From positions 48,584 to 112,583 of the forward strand of contig CAYZRX010000001.1 of the NCBI GenBank assembly GCA_964480945.1: DNA of 64,000 nt, in the 5' to 3' direction. The notes below the pieces were generated by a model. The model ran no database searches. It was not told where the DNA came from and saw nothing but the letters and a program-made list of their open reading frames with translations. Position numbers and translations under genes: made by a program. Source of the DNA: an uncultured Ignavibacteriaceae bacterium (GTDB taxonomy: Bacteria > Bacteroidota > Ignavibacteria > UBA10030). This document shows, in pieces, positions 36,889-50,419 of this stretch; the first letter of the stretch is position 1, and every line of letters starts with the position of its first letter.

Positions 36889-38829
36889 ATGGCAAGCAAA
36901 TCGAGCAAAATCATAGGCATCGACCTGGGGACAACGAATTCCGTCGTCGCGGTGATGGAAGGGAACGATCCTACGGTGATCGCAAATGCTGAAGGGTCCA
37001 GGACAACCCCGTCTGTGGTCGGCTTCACAAAATCGGGCGAACGGCTGGTGGGAGCGGCTGCTAAGCGTCAAGCGGTGACAAATTCTCAGAACACGGTCTT
37101 CTCTATCAAGCGTTTCATGGGACGTTTCTACGATGAGGTATCGGAGGAGATGAAGCTTGTCCCATACAAGGTTGTGCACGGTGATAACAACACCGCACGG
37201 GTGGAGGCAGGTGACCGGGTCTATTCACCTCCTGAGATTTCTGCAATGATCCTTCAGAAGATGAAGCAGACTGCAGAAGACTATCTCGGGACGAAGATCA
37301 CCGAGGCGGTCATCACGGTGCCGGCATACTTCAACGATGCCCAGCGTCAGGCCACGAAGGAGGCCGGCGAGATCGCGGGGCTCAACGTTCGGCGGATCAT
37401 CAACGAGCCAACGGCGGCCGCGCTGGCCTACGGGCTGGACAAGAAGCACAAGGACGTTAAGGTCGCCGTGTTCGATCTCGGCGGCGGAACGTTCGATATC
37501 TCCGTCCTCGAGCTGGGAGACGGTGTGTTCGAGGTGAAGTCGACGAACGGTGATACACATCTTGGCGGCGACAATTTCGATCAGCGGGTCCTGGACTACA
37601 TTGCCGAAGAGTTCAAGAAGCAGGAAGGCATCGATCTCCGCAAAGATCCAATGGCGCTGCAGCGGCTGCGTGAGGGGGCGGAGAAAGCCAAGATGGAGCT
37701 GTCCCAGCTGCTGCAGACGGAGATCAATCTGCCGTTCATCACGGCGACAGCGGAAGGCCCGAAGCACCTGAATATGACTCTCACGCGGGCAAAATTCGAG
37801 CAGCTCGTCGAGGATCTTATCCAGCGCTGCGTTCCGCCTGTTGAGAAGGCGATGCGGGATGCAGGCCTCAATCCGAATCAGGTCGATGAGATTATCCTGG
37901 TCGGCGGGATGACCCGGGTGCCTCGTGTCCAGCAGCTTGTGAAGGACATGTTCGCAAAGGAAGGGCACAAAGGGGTCAACCCGGATGAGGTCGTTGCGGT
38001 CGGTGCAGCGATCCAGGGCGGCGTGCTCTCCGGCGACGTGACGGACGTTCTGCTTCTTGATGTCACGCCGCTGACGCTCGGCATCGAGACGCTGGGCGGA
38101 GTGATGACGCAGATGATCCAGGCCAACACGACCATCCCGACCAAAAAGAGCGAAATCTTTTCCACCGCGTCGGATAGTCAGCCCTCGGTGGAGATCCATG
38201 TGCTTCAGGGCGAGCGGCCGATGGCAATGGATAATCGGACCCTGGGGAGATTCCATCTCGATGGTATTCCGCCTGCCCCGCGTGGGGTACCACAGATTGA
38301 GGTCGCGTTTGACATCGATGCCAACGGCCTCCTCCACGTCTCTGCAAAAGATAAGGCGACAGGCAAAGAGCAGAGCATCCGTATCACGTCCTCCAGCGGC
38401 CTGACGAAGGAAGAGATCGAGAAGATGAAGACGGACGCGCAGTCGCATGCGGCCGAGGACAAGAAGCGGAAGGAGGAGATTGAGACCAAGAACCAGGCGG
38501 ACAACCTTGTCTTCCAATCGCGCAAGCAACTGAAAGAGCTGGGCGACAAGATCCCCGCCGATCTGAAAGGACGCGTTGAGAGTGCGGCGAATGCTCTTGA
38601 GGAAGCCATCAAGAGCGGAACCCACGGCGATATCAAGGCGAAGATGGAAGTCCTTAACAACGCCTGGAATGAGGCTTCCAGCAAGATGTACGAATCCGCG
38701 AAGGGAGCACAAGCGAGTGCCGGTGCGCAGGGCCCGTCTGCGGGCCAACCAGGCCCCGAGCAGCAGCAGGGCGGTGACAAAGGGAAGAAGGTTGAGGATG
38801 CGGACTACGAGGTCGTGGACGACAAGTAA
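36889..38829 (+). CDS. dnaK: Chaperone DnaK
   Basis: [33 protein letters not shown]-terminal VEDADYEVV. Confidence 0.98.
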   Translation: MASKSSKIIGIDLGTTNSVVAVMEGNDPTVIANAEGSRTTPSVVGFTKSGERLVGAAAKRQAVTNSQNTVFSIKRFMGRFYDEVSEEMKLVPYKVVHGDNNTARVEAGDRVYSPPEISAMILQKMKQTAEDYLGTKITEAVITVPAYFNDAQRQATKEAGEIAGLNVRRIINEPTAAALAYGLDKKHKDVKVAVFDLGGGTFDISVLELGDGVFEVKSTNGDTHLGGDNFDQRVLDYIAEEFKKQEGIDLRKDPMALQRLREGAEKAKMELSQLLQTEINLPFITATAEGPKHLNMTLTRAKFEQLVEDLIQRCVPPVEKAMRDAGLNPNQVDEIILVGGMTRVPRVQQLVKDMFAKEGHKGVNPDEVVAVGAAIQGGVLSGDVTDVLLLDVTPLTLGIETLGGVMTQMIQANTTIPTKKSEIFSTASDSQPSVEIHVLQGERPMAMDNRTLGRFHLDGIPPAPRGVPQIEVAFDIDANGLLHVSAKDKATGKEQSIRITSSSGLTKEEIEKMKTDAQSHAAEDKKRKEEIETKNQADNLVFQSRKQLKELGDKIPADLKGRVESAANALEEAIKSGTHGDIKAKMEVLNNAWNEASSKMYESAKGAQASAGAQGPSAGQPGPEQQQGGDKGKKVEDADYEVVDDK

Positions 38830-38836
38830 CAGCGCG

Positions 38837-38876
38837 GATGAATGGATTGATGGGATGATGGGATAATGGAATAGTG
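38837..38876. repeat. Degenerate octamer tandem tract
   Basis: GATGAATG GATTGATG GGATGATG GGATAATG GAATAGTG after the dnaK stop. Confidence 0.7.
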
Positions 38877-38888
38877 GTCTCGATGGGA

Positions 38889-38932
38889 ACCTTGCGAAGG
38901 TTAAAGGCGTGACTCTGTGACCTTCGCAAGGT
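38889..38932. repeat. REP-like inverted repeat (CGAAGGT core)
   Basis: ACCTTGCGAAGGT...ACCTTCGCAAGGT, followed by a second hairpin at 38943-38965. Confidence 0.6.
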
Positions 38933-38986
38933 GAGATGAAGGAAGGCGAGGCGAACCCTCGCCTTTCGTGTAAAGGAAGGTAAAGA

Positions 38987-41638
<2,652 letters not shown>

Positions 41639-41677
41639 CATCATCTCTCTACAAGGCCGCCGAAGAGGGCTGGACGC

Positions 41678-41792
41678 GTCATCCTGAGGGAGCCCCGCTC
41701 TTCCGGGCGGCCGAAGGATCTGCCCATGGCGGTCAGATTCTTCTCCGCCTTCCGCCGAAAAGGTGGCGGGTGGGTCAGCGGATCAGAATGAT
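41678..41792. repeat. REP/MITE-like structured element
   Basis: Outer arms GTCATCCTGA...TCAGAATGAT, inner arms GAAGGATCTG...CAGATTCTTC, nested TCCGCC/GGCGG hairpins. Confidence 0.6.
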
Positions 41793-41864
41793 GCTCGTAG
41801 TTTGTCGGCCGACCTCATTTCCCTTTTGTAGCCCTCCGGGATTCTCCGTATCTTGTTCTTCAAC

Positions 41865-43196
41865 ATGAAACTTTCCTCACTTCTTGGGCACACGCAGGAA
41901 CTGCTCCAGCTCATCCGCGGATCGACGAGGCCTCCAGATAGTCACATCGACTCATTCTTTCGGTCGCACAAATACCTCGGCTCTCACGACCGCCGCCTCA
42001 TCGCGGAGACGCTTTACGGGACGTTGAGGCATCTGCGGCGGTGCGACGCAGTGCTTCACGGAGTCATGAAGGATGAAGAGATGGACCTCCTGCCCCCCGA
42101 TGGGCTGGTTATGATTTTGGCCACCTACCTCCTTGCGATCGAACGTCGTGTTGCTCTTTCCAGCGCTGATGTCGCTCCTCTCATCAAATCGTCTCGAATG
42201 AAGCCAAGACTCGACGATCTTCTCGTGAGGATTGCCCAGGCTCCGGAGCCTGATTCGGGCGAGCCTGCTGAGAGGATCGGCATTCGGTATTCCTTTCCCT
42301 CGTGGATGGTGGAGCGATTCCTTTCGGAATACGGTGAGGAGGAGACGGAGAGAATCTGCGCAAGCCTGAATCAACCGGCGTCCCTGACGTTGCGCGTGAA
42401 CACCTTGAAGGCGACAGTCGAAGACTGCCAGCGGGCGCTTGAAGTGGAAGGTATCGCAACCGCCAGAACAAAACTTTCTCCCATCGGCCTGGAAGTAGCA
42501 AAGCGGATCAATGTTTTCGGACTTCAATCGTTCAAAAGCGGGCTCTTCGAGGTCCAGGATGAGGGAAGTCAGCTTCTTCCGCTGATTGTGGATCCGAAGC
42601 CCACGGCGAAACTGCTCGATGCGTGTGCGGGTGCCGGGGGCAAGACGCTGCAGTTTTCCGCACTGATGAAGAATAGGGGGGAGATTGTCGCCGCGGATGT
42701 CAACAGGGGGCGTCTGGAGCAACTGCGAAAACGGGCCCGCCGGGCAGGGGTTTCCAATGTGAGGGTCAAAGAGATACAGGACCTGGGGGATCTGGATGGG
42801 CAATTCCGCGGGTATTTCGACGTCGTGTTCATCGATGCCCCGTGCAGCGGCCTGGGCACGATCCGCCGGAATCCCGGGATGAAGTGGACGGTCACGGAGG
42901 AGAGCGTCGCAGAACTGTCTCAAAAGCAGTCGCAGATCGTCAGTGCGAGCAGTTTGCTCGTCGGGCAGGGCGGGATGCTGGTCTATGCCACCTGCACGCT
43001 GTTGCGCGAGGAGAACGAGGACGTCGTGGAGAAATTCCTGGGACAGCATGCAGATTTCACGCTCGTTGAGCCCAAGACGGTCCATGATGACGAGCGGTTT
43101 CATCCATTTGTATCGGGCGGTTACATCAGACTCCTTCCTCATCGTCACGGAACCGACGGGTTCTTCTGTGCTGTTCTGAAGAGATCGGCCGTGTGA
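41865..43196 (+). CDS. RsmB/NOP2-family RNA m5C methyltransferase
   Basis: LRVNTLK, VQDEGSQL, DACAGAGGKT, DAPCSGLG, YATCT, TDGFF. Confidence 0.92.
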   Translation: MKLSSLLGHTQELLQLIRGSTRPPDSHIDSFFRSHKYLGSHDRRLIAETLYGTLRHLRRCDAVLHGVMKDEEMDLLPPDGLVMILATYLLAIERRVALSSADVAPLIKSSRMKPRLDDLLVRIAQAPEPDSGEPAERIGIRYSFPSWMVERFLSEYGEEETERICASLNQPASLTLRVNTLKATVEDCQRALEVEGIATARTKLSPIGLEVAKRINVFGLQSFKSGLFEVQDEGSQLLPLIVDPKPTAKLLDACAGAGGKTLQFSALMKNRGEIVAADVNRGRLEQLRKRARRAGVSNVRVKEIQDLGDLDGQFRGYFDVVFIDAPCSGLGTIRRNPGMKWTVTEESVAELSQKQSQIVSASSLLVGQGGMLVYATCTLLREENEDVVEKFLGQHADFTLVEPKTVHDDERFHPFVSGGYIRLLPHRHGTDGFFCAVLKRSAV

Positions 43197-43273
43197 TGGG
43201 CGTTGCTTCTGCGGGGTTCTTTTGATAGAATGAATGTTTGGATGCATTCATTTTGAACTCATCAAAGACAACC

Positions 43274-43753
43274 ATGGTCAACCGCGGAAAGAGCGTTCTT
43301 GTGCTCCTGCTTTTCGTGGCCTTCTCGGCACTTCTCGTCAGCTGTGCGAAGGAACCGAAGGAGGACGAGGTTCTGCAGGAGGCAATCGATGCCCAACGAA
43401 CGGATCGGTTCGATGACGCCATCGCTTCATACCAGTTGTTCATCAAGAGTTTCCCCAAGAGCCCGAAAGTCTCCGAGGCTCTTTATGCATTGGGTATCGT
43501 CTATCAAAGAAAGAAAGACTTTCAAAACGCAGTGACAACCTTCAAGCGTGTCGTCGATGACTATCCTGGTGATCCTACGGCCTCGGGCGCCGCGTACCTC
43601 CGCGCGATGCTGCTCAACCAGGAGCTGAAGGATACGACCGCGGCCCGGACCGCTTACGAGGAATTCCTGAAGCGTTATCCGAATGCCCCGATGGCCGGCT
43701 CCGCACGCACCGAGCTCGCGAACCTGCTGAAACCAGGCAGCAAGAAAAAGTGA
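43274..43753 (+). CDS. TPR-containing lipoprotein (BamD/CpoB-like)
   Basis: Lipobox LLVSC; TPR-like repeats ending FPKSPK, YPGDP, YPNAP. Confidence 0.8.
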   Translation: MVNRGKSVLVLLLFVAFSALLVSCAKEPKEDEVLQEAIDAQRTDRFDDAIASYQLFIKSFPKSPKVSEALYALGIVYQRKKDFQNAVTTFKRVVDDYPGDPTASGAAYLRAMLLNQELKDTTAARTAYEEFLKRYPNAPMAGSARTELANLLKPGSKKK

Positions 43754-43760
43754 ACCGCCC

Positions 43761-44657
43761 ATGGCAGAGGCCCTGAAATATCTCCAGCCGGACGTCGTCG
43801 CCCAGCTTGCCAACATGGAGCTTCGGGCGCGCCTTGTGGTCGAAGGCTTTATCACGGGCCTCCACAAGAGCCCGTATCATGGTTTCAGCGTCGAATTCAC
43901 CGAGCATCGCCAGTACATGCCCGGCGACGAAATCAAGCACATTGACTGGAAGGCGTACGGCAAGACGGACCGGTACTACATCAAGGAGTTCGAGGAGGAG
44001 ACGAACCTCAAGTCGTATCTCGTCCTCGACGCAAGCAAGTCGATGGATTACTGCTCGGAAGGTCACCTGAAAAAGATCGAATATGCGTCCTACGTCGCCG
44101 CCGCGCTGGCGTATCTGATGATCGAGCAGCGGGATGCTGTCGGCCTGACCATCTATGACGAGCGCGTTCGTTCGCTCTCGCCGCCACGAGCCACGCGGCT
44201 GTATTTGAAGGAGCTTCTCCGCGAGCTCGAAAACCTCAAGCCGGGCAACAAGACCGGCACCGCCCAGTCGCTTCACGAGGTGGCGGAACGGATCAAGAGG
44301 CGAGGCCTGGTGGTGGTTCTGAGCGACCTCTTTGACGATCCGCGGCAGGTCACGACCGCCTTGAAACATTTTCGCCACAAGCGAAATGAGGTCATCGTAA
44401 TGCAGGTGCTCGATCCGATGGAGCGGTCGTTCGCCTTCGGGACGGATGCACAGTTCCGCGACATGGAAACAAAGGAAGAATTGACCACCCAGCCGTGGCA
44501 TATCCAGAAGGCCTACCGGCAGTCGTTTCAGCAGTTCCTGGACTACTACAAGCGTGAGTGCCGAGAGAACGCAATCGACTACGTGCTCCTCGATACGGGC
44601 ACGCCGTTCGACAAGGCGTTGTTTGAGTATTTGAACAAGAGGAAAAGAATCCACTAG
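43761..44657 (+). CDS. DUF58 domain protein
   Basis: GLHKSPYHGFSVEFTEHRQYMPGD, IDWK, LDASKSM, LSDL. Confidence 0.92.
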   Translation: MAEALKYLQPDVVAQLANMELRARLVVEGFITGLHKSPYHGFSVEFTEHRQYMPGDEIKHIDWKAYGKTDRYYIKEFEEETNLKSYLVLDASKSMDYCSEGHLKKIEYASYVAAALAYLMIEQRDAVGLTIYDERVRSLSPPRATRLYLKELLRELENLKPGNKTGTAQSLHEVAERIKRRGLVVVLSDLFDDPRQVTTALKHFRHKRNEVIVMQVLDPMERSFAFGTDAQFRDMETKEELTTQPWHIQKAYRQSFQQFLDYYKRECRENAIDYVLLDTGTPFDKALFEYLNKRKRIH

Positions 44658-44696
44658 AGAATCGGAGCATCGATTCGCCAGTTTCATTCCTGGGTC

Positions 44697-47570
44697 ATGT
44701 CTGAAGAGAAGCTCATCGTTAAGGGCGCGCGGGTCCACAATCTCAAGAACATCGATGTTGAGATGCCCCGTGATCGCTTCATCGTCATCACGGGCCTTTC
44801 CGGCTCGGGGAAGTCGAGCCTTGCGTTCGATACGATCTACGCCGAGGGGCAGCGTCGGTATGTGGAGAGCCTGTCGGCCTACGCCCGCCAGTTCCTCGGA
44901 TTGATGGAGCGCCCCGATGTCGATTATATCGAAGGCCTGAGCCCCTCCATCTCGATTGAGCAGAAGACGGTCAGCACGAACCCCCGCTCGACGGTCGGGA
45001 CGGTGACGGAGATCTACGATTTTCTCCGCCTCCTGTTCGCACGCGTGGGCGTGCAATTCTGCTACAACTGCGGCCGGAAGGTCCAGCGGCAAACGGTCGA
45101 TCAGATCATCAATTCCATCCTCCAATATCCGTCAGGCGCCAAACTCCAAATCCTGGCCCCCGTCATCAAGGGGCGCAAGGGGCACTATCGCGAGCTGTTC
45201 GAGCAAGTCTTGAAAGATGGCTTCGTACGGGTTCGAGTGGACGGCCAGGTGAAAGAGATCAAAGAGGGGATGAAGGTCGACCGGTACAAGGTCCACAACA
45301 TCGAGATCGTCGTCGATCGCATCGCGGTCAAGAAGGATGCTCGCTCGCGTATTGCGGAGTCGGTCGAGGTGGCGCTCCGGTACGGGAACGGAGCCCTTAT
45401 TGTCAACGATGGCGAGAAGGACCAACTCTTCAGCAGTCACTACGCCTGTCACGTGTGCGGAATCAGCTACGAGGAGCCTGCTCCGAGCTCGTTCTCTTTC
45501 AATTCTCCGGCCGGTTCGTGCCCGGAGTGCGAAGGGCTCGGTGAGAAGAAGGCTTTCGACCTCCGATTGATCATTCCGGATGAGAGCCTCAGCATCAACC
45601 GGGAGGGGCTCGCTCCGCTCGGCAAACCCCGTCCCACGTGGATGTTCAGTCAATTGAAGGCCGTAGCGAAGCGCTACGCGTTCGACTTCGATACGCCGCT
45701 GAGGAGCTTGCCGTCCCGCGCGAAGGAGGTGCTTCTCCAGGGCGCGGGGGATGAGAAATTCGATATCGAGTATCTGCAGAGCAGCGGGAGGGCGGTCGTC
45801 TACAAGCATCGGTTCGGCGGGGTGCTGGATATGCTCAAGCGTTTCTACGATGAGACGAGCTCGAACAACATCCGCGAATGGGTCGAATCGTTCATGAGTA
45901 CCTCCCGTTGCGAATCATGCGCGGGAGGGAGGCTGCGAAAGGAAAGTCTCGCCATCAAGCTCGAGGATGTCGCCAGCGGCAAGCTCTACAACATTCACGA
46001 TGTTGTCTCGCTCTCGATTCGGGCTGCCCGGCAGTTCTTTGCAGCTTTGTCTCTTACCCCGCGGCAGACGGAGATCGCACGCCAGATTTTGAAGGAGATC
46101 GTTCAACGATTGGACTTTTTGCTCAACGTCGGACTGGATTACCTCACGCTCGATCGGTCGGCCCGCACACTTTCGGGAGGAGAGGGGCAGCGCATCCGTC
46201 TGGCGACCCAGATCGGCACTCAGCTCGTCGGCGTGCTGTACATCCTCGACGAGCCGAGCATCGGTCTGCACCAGAGGGACAACATCAAGCTCATCCGTTC
46301 GCTGAAATCGTTGAGGGATCTCGGCAACACGATCATCGTCGTCGAGCACGACAAGGAGACGATCCAGAGCGCCGACTATGTGATCGACCTTGGGCCCGGC
46401 GCGGGCGAGCACGGCGGGCATGTGGTAACGTACGGAAAACCGAATGAGTTGAAAATTCAAAATGAAAAGTTGAAGGTTAAGGGGAACGGATTCGGTGGGC
46501 AGTCGCATACGGCGCTCTACCTCAAGGGGAAGAAGAAGATCGAGGTACCGTCCGCACGAAGAGAGGGAAATGGGAAGTGGCTCGTCCTCTCCGGAGCTGC
46601 CGGCAACAATCTCAAGAAGATGACGGTCAAGATCCCGCTCGGCCGTTTCGTCTGCGTCACCGGTGTGAGCGGTTCCGGCAAATCCACCCTTATCAACGAA
46701 ACGCTCTATCCGATCCTCTCGAACAAATTCTACAAGACCAGGGCGGTACCGTTGCCGTATCAATCCATCAAAGGACTCGATCAGATCGATAAGGTCATCG
46801 ATATCGATCAATCCCCGATCGGCAGGACGCCGCGGTCGAATCCCTCGACCTACACCGGCGTCTTCACGCATATCCGCGATCTCTTCACCCAGCTGCCGGA
46901 AGCGAAGATTCGCGGCTACAAAGCGGGGCGATTCAGCTTCAACGTGAAGGGGGGCCGTTGTGAGGAATGTGAGGGAGACGGTGTCCGGAAGATCGAGATG
47001 AACTTCCTCCCGGACGTCTACGTGCTCTGCGATGTCTGCAAGGGGAAGCGGTACAATCGTGAGACGCTCGAGGTCCACTTCAAGGGGAAGTCCATCGCCG
47101 ACGTGCTCGATATGACTGTCGAGGACGCGATGGGACTCTTCAGCGAGCAGCCGCGCATCCAACGGTATCTGCAGACGCTGCACGAGGTCGGCCTCGGCTA
47201 CATCCGGCTGGGACAACAAGCGACCACGCTCTCCGGCGGTGAGGCGCAACGCGTCAAGCTCTCGACGGAGCTTTCGAAAGTAGGGACCGGAAAGACGCTC
47301 TATATTCTCGATGAACCGACGACGGGGCTGCACTTCGAGGACATCCGCATGCTCCTCTCCGTGCTCAACAAACTCGTCGACAAGGGGAACACCGTCATCG
47401 TCATCGAGCACAATCTGGATGTCGTTAAGACGGCCGACTGGATCATCGATTTGGGGCCCGAAGGTGGGGATGAAGGAGGGGAGATCGTTGCGGAGGGGAT
47501 GCCGGAGGAGGTGGCAAAGCATCCGAGGTCATATACCGGCTTGTTCCTGAGAAGGGAAATCAGCCCCTAG
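44697..47570 (+). CDS. uvrA: Excinuclease ABC subunit A
   Basis: [45 protein letters not shown], zinc fingers. Confidence 0.98.
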   Translation: MSEEKLIVKGARVHNLKNIDVEMPRDRFIVITGLSGSGKSSLAFDTIYAEGQRRYVESLSAYARQFLGLMERPDVDYIEGLSPSISIEQKTVSTNPRSTVGTVTEIYDFLRLLFARVGVQFCYNCGRKVQRQTVDQIINSILQYPSGAKLQILAPVIKGRKGHYRELFEQVLKDGFVRVRVDGQVKEIKEGMKVDRYKVHNIEIVVDRIAVKKDARSRIAESVEVALRYGNGALIVNDGEKDQLFSSHYACHVCGISYEEPAPSSFSFNSPAGSCPECEGLGEKKAFDLRLIIPDESLSINREGLAPLGKPRPTWMFSQLKAVAKRYAFDFDTPLRSLPSRAKEVLLQGAGDEKFDIEYLQSSGRAVVYKHRFGGVLDMLKRFYDETSSNNIREWVESFMSTSRCESCAGGRLRKESLAIKLEDVASGKLYNIHDVVSLSIRAARQFFAALSLTPRQTEIARQILKEIVQRLDFLLNVGLDYLTLDRSARTLSGGEGQRIRLATQIGTQLVGVLYILDEPSIGLHQRDNIKLIRSLKSLRDLGNTIIVVEHDKETIQSADYVIDLGPGAGEHGGHVVTYGKPNELKIQNEKLKVKGNGFGGQSHTALYLKGKKKIEVPSARREGNGKWLVLSGAAGNNLKKMTVKIPLGRFVCVTGVSGSGKSTLINETLYPILSNKFYKTRAVPLPYQSIKGLDQIDKVIDIDQSPIGRTPRSNPSTYTGVFTHIRDLFTQLPEAKIRGYKAGRFSFNVKGGRCEECEGDGVRKIEMNFLPDVYVLCDVCKGKRYNRETLEVHFKGKSIADVLDMTVEDAMGLFSEQPRIQRYLQTLHEVGLGYIRLGQQATTLSGGEAQRVKLSTELSKVGTGKTLYILDEPTTGLHFEDIRMLLSVLNKLVDKGNTVIVIEHNLDVVKTADWIIDLGPEGGDEGGEIVAEGMPEEVAKHPRSYTGLFLRREISP
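46446..46480. repeat. Heptamer tract in frame within uvrA
   Basis: GAGTTGA AAATTCA AAATGAA AAGTTGA AGGTTAA; AT-rich patch in a GC-rich gene, encoding [12 protein letters not shown]. Confidence 0.65.
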
Positions 47571-47634
47571 CACCGTATTCATATTCTGCAGGCCGTGTAC
47601 CCCCTTTTTCCATTCCGCAACTGCCGATCTGCAA

Positions 47635-48273
47635 TCACCTCGAAACCCACTCGTTTCCCTTCACAAAGAACCGCCAGCGCTTCTCGCCTCCGTTCGTAAC
47701 GCCAATCCGGGTGGAGCGTCCGATCCTCGATTCTGGGATCGTTTCGCCTTTTAGCAGATAGATCGTGTTGCCGACCAAGTCTGTCCCGTTCTGCTCTCGC
47801 GAGATGCCGAACGCCTGGCAGAACTTCGCCGGGCCGTTCGTGAGGTTGAAGAGGAATTGGTGAGTGGTTTGCGCCAGAGGCGCATCCGCCTTCGGCGGAA
47901 ATTGGTGAATGGTCGGGTGGTGGGTGGGGAATCGATTCTTCATCATCACTTCAATCCCCTTGATCGGCTCGACCGCGCGGATGAGCGCCGCCTCGCCGAT
48001 CCCCTCTTTCCTCGTGACGACGTTCGCGCAGAAATGCATCCCGTAGGTGAAGTACACGTAAAGGTGGCCGCCCTTCGAGTACATCACCTCATTCCGCTTC
48101 GTCCTGCCCCGGAACGTGTGCGATGCCGGGTCGCCTTCGCGGTACGCTTCGGCTTCGACGATCCTGCCGATAAGCCTTCGACCCCGATGTCGGCAGACGA
48201 TGAATTTTCCAAGAAGGTCTCGTGCGACCTCGAGGGTTGGGCGGAGGTAGAAGGAGCGGGAAAGCTTGGACAT
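47635..48273 (-). CDS. mpg: DNA-3-methyladenine glycosylase (MPG/AAG family)
   Basis: VARDLLGK, IVEAEAY, YVYFTYGMH, LIRAVEP, LTNGPAK, RIGV; start moved to ATG 48273. Confidence 0.93.
   Translation of the reverse strand: MSKLSRSFYLRPTLEVARDLLGKFIVCRHRGRRLIGRIVEAEAYREGDPASHTFRGRTKRNEVMYSKGGHLYVYFTYGMHFCANVVTRKEGIGEAALIRAVEPIKGIEVMMKNRFPTHHPTIHQFPPKADAPLAQTTHQFLFNLTNGPAKFCQAFGISREQNGTDLVGNTIYLLKGETIPESRIGRSTRIGVTNGGEKRWRFFVKGNEWVSR
47870..47899. mobile_element. 30-nt double-hairpin micro-insertion, copy 1 (in frame in mpg)
   Basis: TGCGCCAGAGGCGCATCCGCCTTCGGCGGA flanked by GGTT and AATTGGTGAAT; mobility inferred, not shown. Confidence 0.65.
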
Positions 48274-48282
48274 CGTTAGTTT

Positions 48283-48310
48283 TCGGTTGTCAATTGCCGA
48301 TTGTCGATCT
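48283..48310. repeat. Heptamer tract just upstream of the mpg start
   Basis: TCGGTTG TCAATTG CCGATTG TCGATCT. Confidence 0.65.
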
Positions 48311-48462
48311 GAGGGAGGTGAGGCCGAACGATCTGAGCCGCCTCCTGTGATCTTGAATGTAGAAGTTATTGGAGTGAGTTTCAATCACGAGCGCCGACCT
48401 CCCAACGCAGCCCTTTCGATCGAGCTTGTTTCTTTCTCTTTCGTCCTCTATTTTCCAGGAGC

Positions 48463-49227
48463 ATGAAACGGAAACTCAAATGGCGCCTCGAGTCGACCAG
48501 GAGTGAGATCCTCTACGAAGATGATCATCTCGTGGTCCTCAACAAGCCGGCAAATCTGCTCGTCCTGCCCGACCGATACAATGTGAAGCTCCCGAATCTC
48601 TACGGAATCTTTAGCGAAGAACTCGGCAAGATCTTCGTCGTCCATCGTCTCGACAAGGAGACGAGCGGTCTCATCGTCTTCGCAAAGACGGCAGAGGCGC
48701 ACGCAGCTCTCAGTGAACAATTTGAGGGAAGGAGGGTGGAAAAGGTTTATGAAGCTCTCGTTGTCGGCGTCCCTGCGGATTCGGAGGGGACAATCGATCT
48801 CCCGCTTGGCGAAAGAACGCGCGACCGGGGGGTCGTTAAGGTGGATCGTAAGGCGGGAAAACGCTCGGTGACACGGTACAAGGTCCTCGAGCAGTTCAAC
48901 GGCTTCGCGCACCTTGAGGCGCGGCCAGCGACCGGGCGGACGCATCAGATCCGCGTGCATCTTCAGGCGATCGGAATGCCGATCCTTGCTGACAGGTTGT
49001 ACGGAGATGGGAGGGGGTTCTATCTGTCGCGTGTCAAACCGGGCTACAAGATACAGGGGGAGGAGAAGCCGTTGCTCGACCGCGCCGCCCTGCACGCTGC
49101 TTCGATCTCCTTTGACCATCCCGCTACCGGGGAGCGCATGACGTTCTCAGCCCCGTTGCCCAAGGACATGAGTTCGGTCCTGAAATATCTCAGGAAATTT
49201 AAAGCGCTGGAGCCGTTAGCACATTAA
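48463..49227 (+). CDS. RluA-family pseudouridine synthase
   Basis: VLNKP, VHRLDKETSG, TGRTHQIRVHL, LHA. Confidence 0.94.
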   Translation: MKRKLKWRLESTRSEILYEDDHLVVLNKPANLLVLPDRYNVKLPNLYGIFSEELGKIFVVHRLDKETSGLIVFAKTAEAHAALSEQFEGRRVEKVYEALVVGVPADSEGTIDLPLGERTRDRGVVKVDRKAGKRSVTRYKVLEQFNGFAHLEARPATGRTHQIRVHLQAIGMPILADRLYGDGRGFYLSRVKPGYKIQGEEKPLLDRAALHAASISFDHPATGERMTFSAPLPKDMSSVLKYLRKFKALEPLAH

Positions 49228-49266
49228 AGCGGAAGGAGGAGGGCTTTTCTGGGCGACTGCGGTTAC

Positions 49267-50325
49267 TCAGAAGAGTGTCTCTTGGTCTGAAGGCTTCCGT
49301 GTGAGTCCGAAATGCTTGTAGGCGACGGCCGTTGCCTCGCGGCCTCGTGGCGTTCGCTTCAGAAACCCCTCCTGAATGAGGTAAGGTTCGTACACTTCCT
49401 CTATCGTCCCGGGCTCTTCACCCACCGCGACCGCGAGCGTGTTCAATCCCACCGGCCCTCCGCTGTACTTGTCGATGATGGCCCGCAGAATCCGCTTGTC
49501 CATTTCATCCAGCCCGTGGTCGTCGACTTCGAGCGCCCGAAGGGAGTACTGCGCAACCTCCTTCGTTACGACCCCACGATGGTCCGCGAGTTTGCGGTCC
49601 GCCTGAGCAAAATCCCGGCAGCGTTTCAAGAGGCGATTCGCGATGCGGGGGGTTCCCCGCGCGCGCCCGGCGATCTCTGCGGCAGCCTCGTCGGTTGTCC
49701 CTATCTCCAGGATCTTCGCCGATCGCCGCACAATCGTTCGCAGCTGATCGACGTTGTAGTAGTCGAGTCGGTTGGAGATGCCGAAGCGCGAGCGCAGGGG
49801 GGCGCTGAGAAGGCCGGCCCGCGTGGTTGCACCCACTAGCGTGAAGGGCTCAAGATTGAGCGAGATCGTCTTCGCGCCGGGCCCGCTGTCGATGATGATG
49901 TCGACGCGGAATTCCTCCATCGCTGAGTAGAGGTACTCTTCGATCTTTACCGGCACCCGGTGGATCTCATCGATGAACAGCACCTCCCCCTTCTCGAGCG
50001 AAGTCAAAATCCCCGCGAGGTCCCCCGGTTTCTCCAGCGCAGGTCCGGACGTGACCTTGATTCCAACGCCCATCTCGTTCGCGATGATGAACGCCAGCGT
50101 CGTTTTGCCCAGACCGGGCGGTCCAGTCAGGAGAACGTGATCGAGAGGTTCGTTCCGGCCCTTTGCCGCAGAGATGAAGATCCGGAGGTTGTCGACGATC
50201 TTCCCCTGTCCGACGAACTCCTCGAGTCGGGCCGGACGGAGCGTCTGATCGAGCTCCAGTTCATTGTCGAGTCGCTCGGGCGATGTGAACCCGCGATCTC
50301 GTTCGCTTGCGTCCGTTTTCTTCAT
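49267..50325 (-). CDS. ruvB: Holliday junction helicase RuvB
   Basis: [49 protein letters not shown]. Confidence 0.97.
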   Translation of the reverse strand: MKKTDASERDRGFTSPERLDNELELDQTLRPARLEEFVGQGKIVDNLRIFISAAKGRNEPLDHVLLTGPPGLGKTTLAFIIANEMGVGIKVTSGPALEKPGDLAGILTSLEKGEVLFIDEIHRVPVKIEEYLYSAMEEFRVDIIIDSGPGAKTISLNLEPFTLVGATTRAGLLSAPLRSRFGISNRLDYYNVDQLRTIVRRSAKILEIGTTDEAAAEIAGRARGTPRIANRLLKRCRDFAQADRKLADHRGVVTKEVAQYSLRALEVDDHGLDEMDKRILRAIIDKYSGGPVGLNTLAVAVGEEPGTIEEVYEPYLIQEGFLKRTPRGREATAVAYKHFGLTRKPSDQETLF

Positions 50326-50419
50326 ACGGCGACAAAGTACCAAGAAGGGGAGTGACTTTCAACCGCGCTAAAGCAGAGCGAAGATGGCTTCGGACTGTCC
50401 TCGAAGGGGGAATTCGGGT

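Noticed and set aside
48274-48384. N-terminal extension of MPG (SDRQSAIDNRKL)
   Set aside because: Translation of a heptamer tract and hairpin; family similarity starts at MSKLSRSFY
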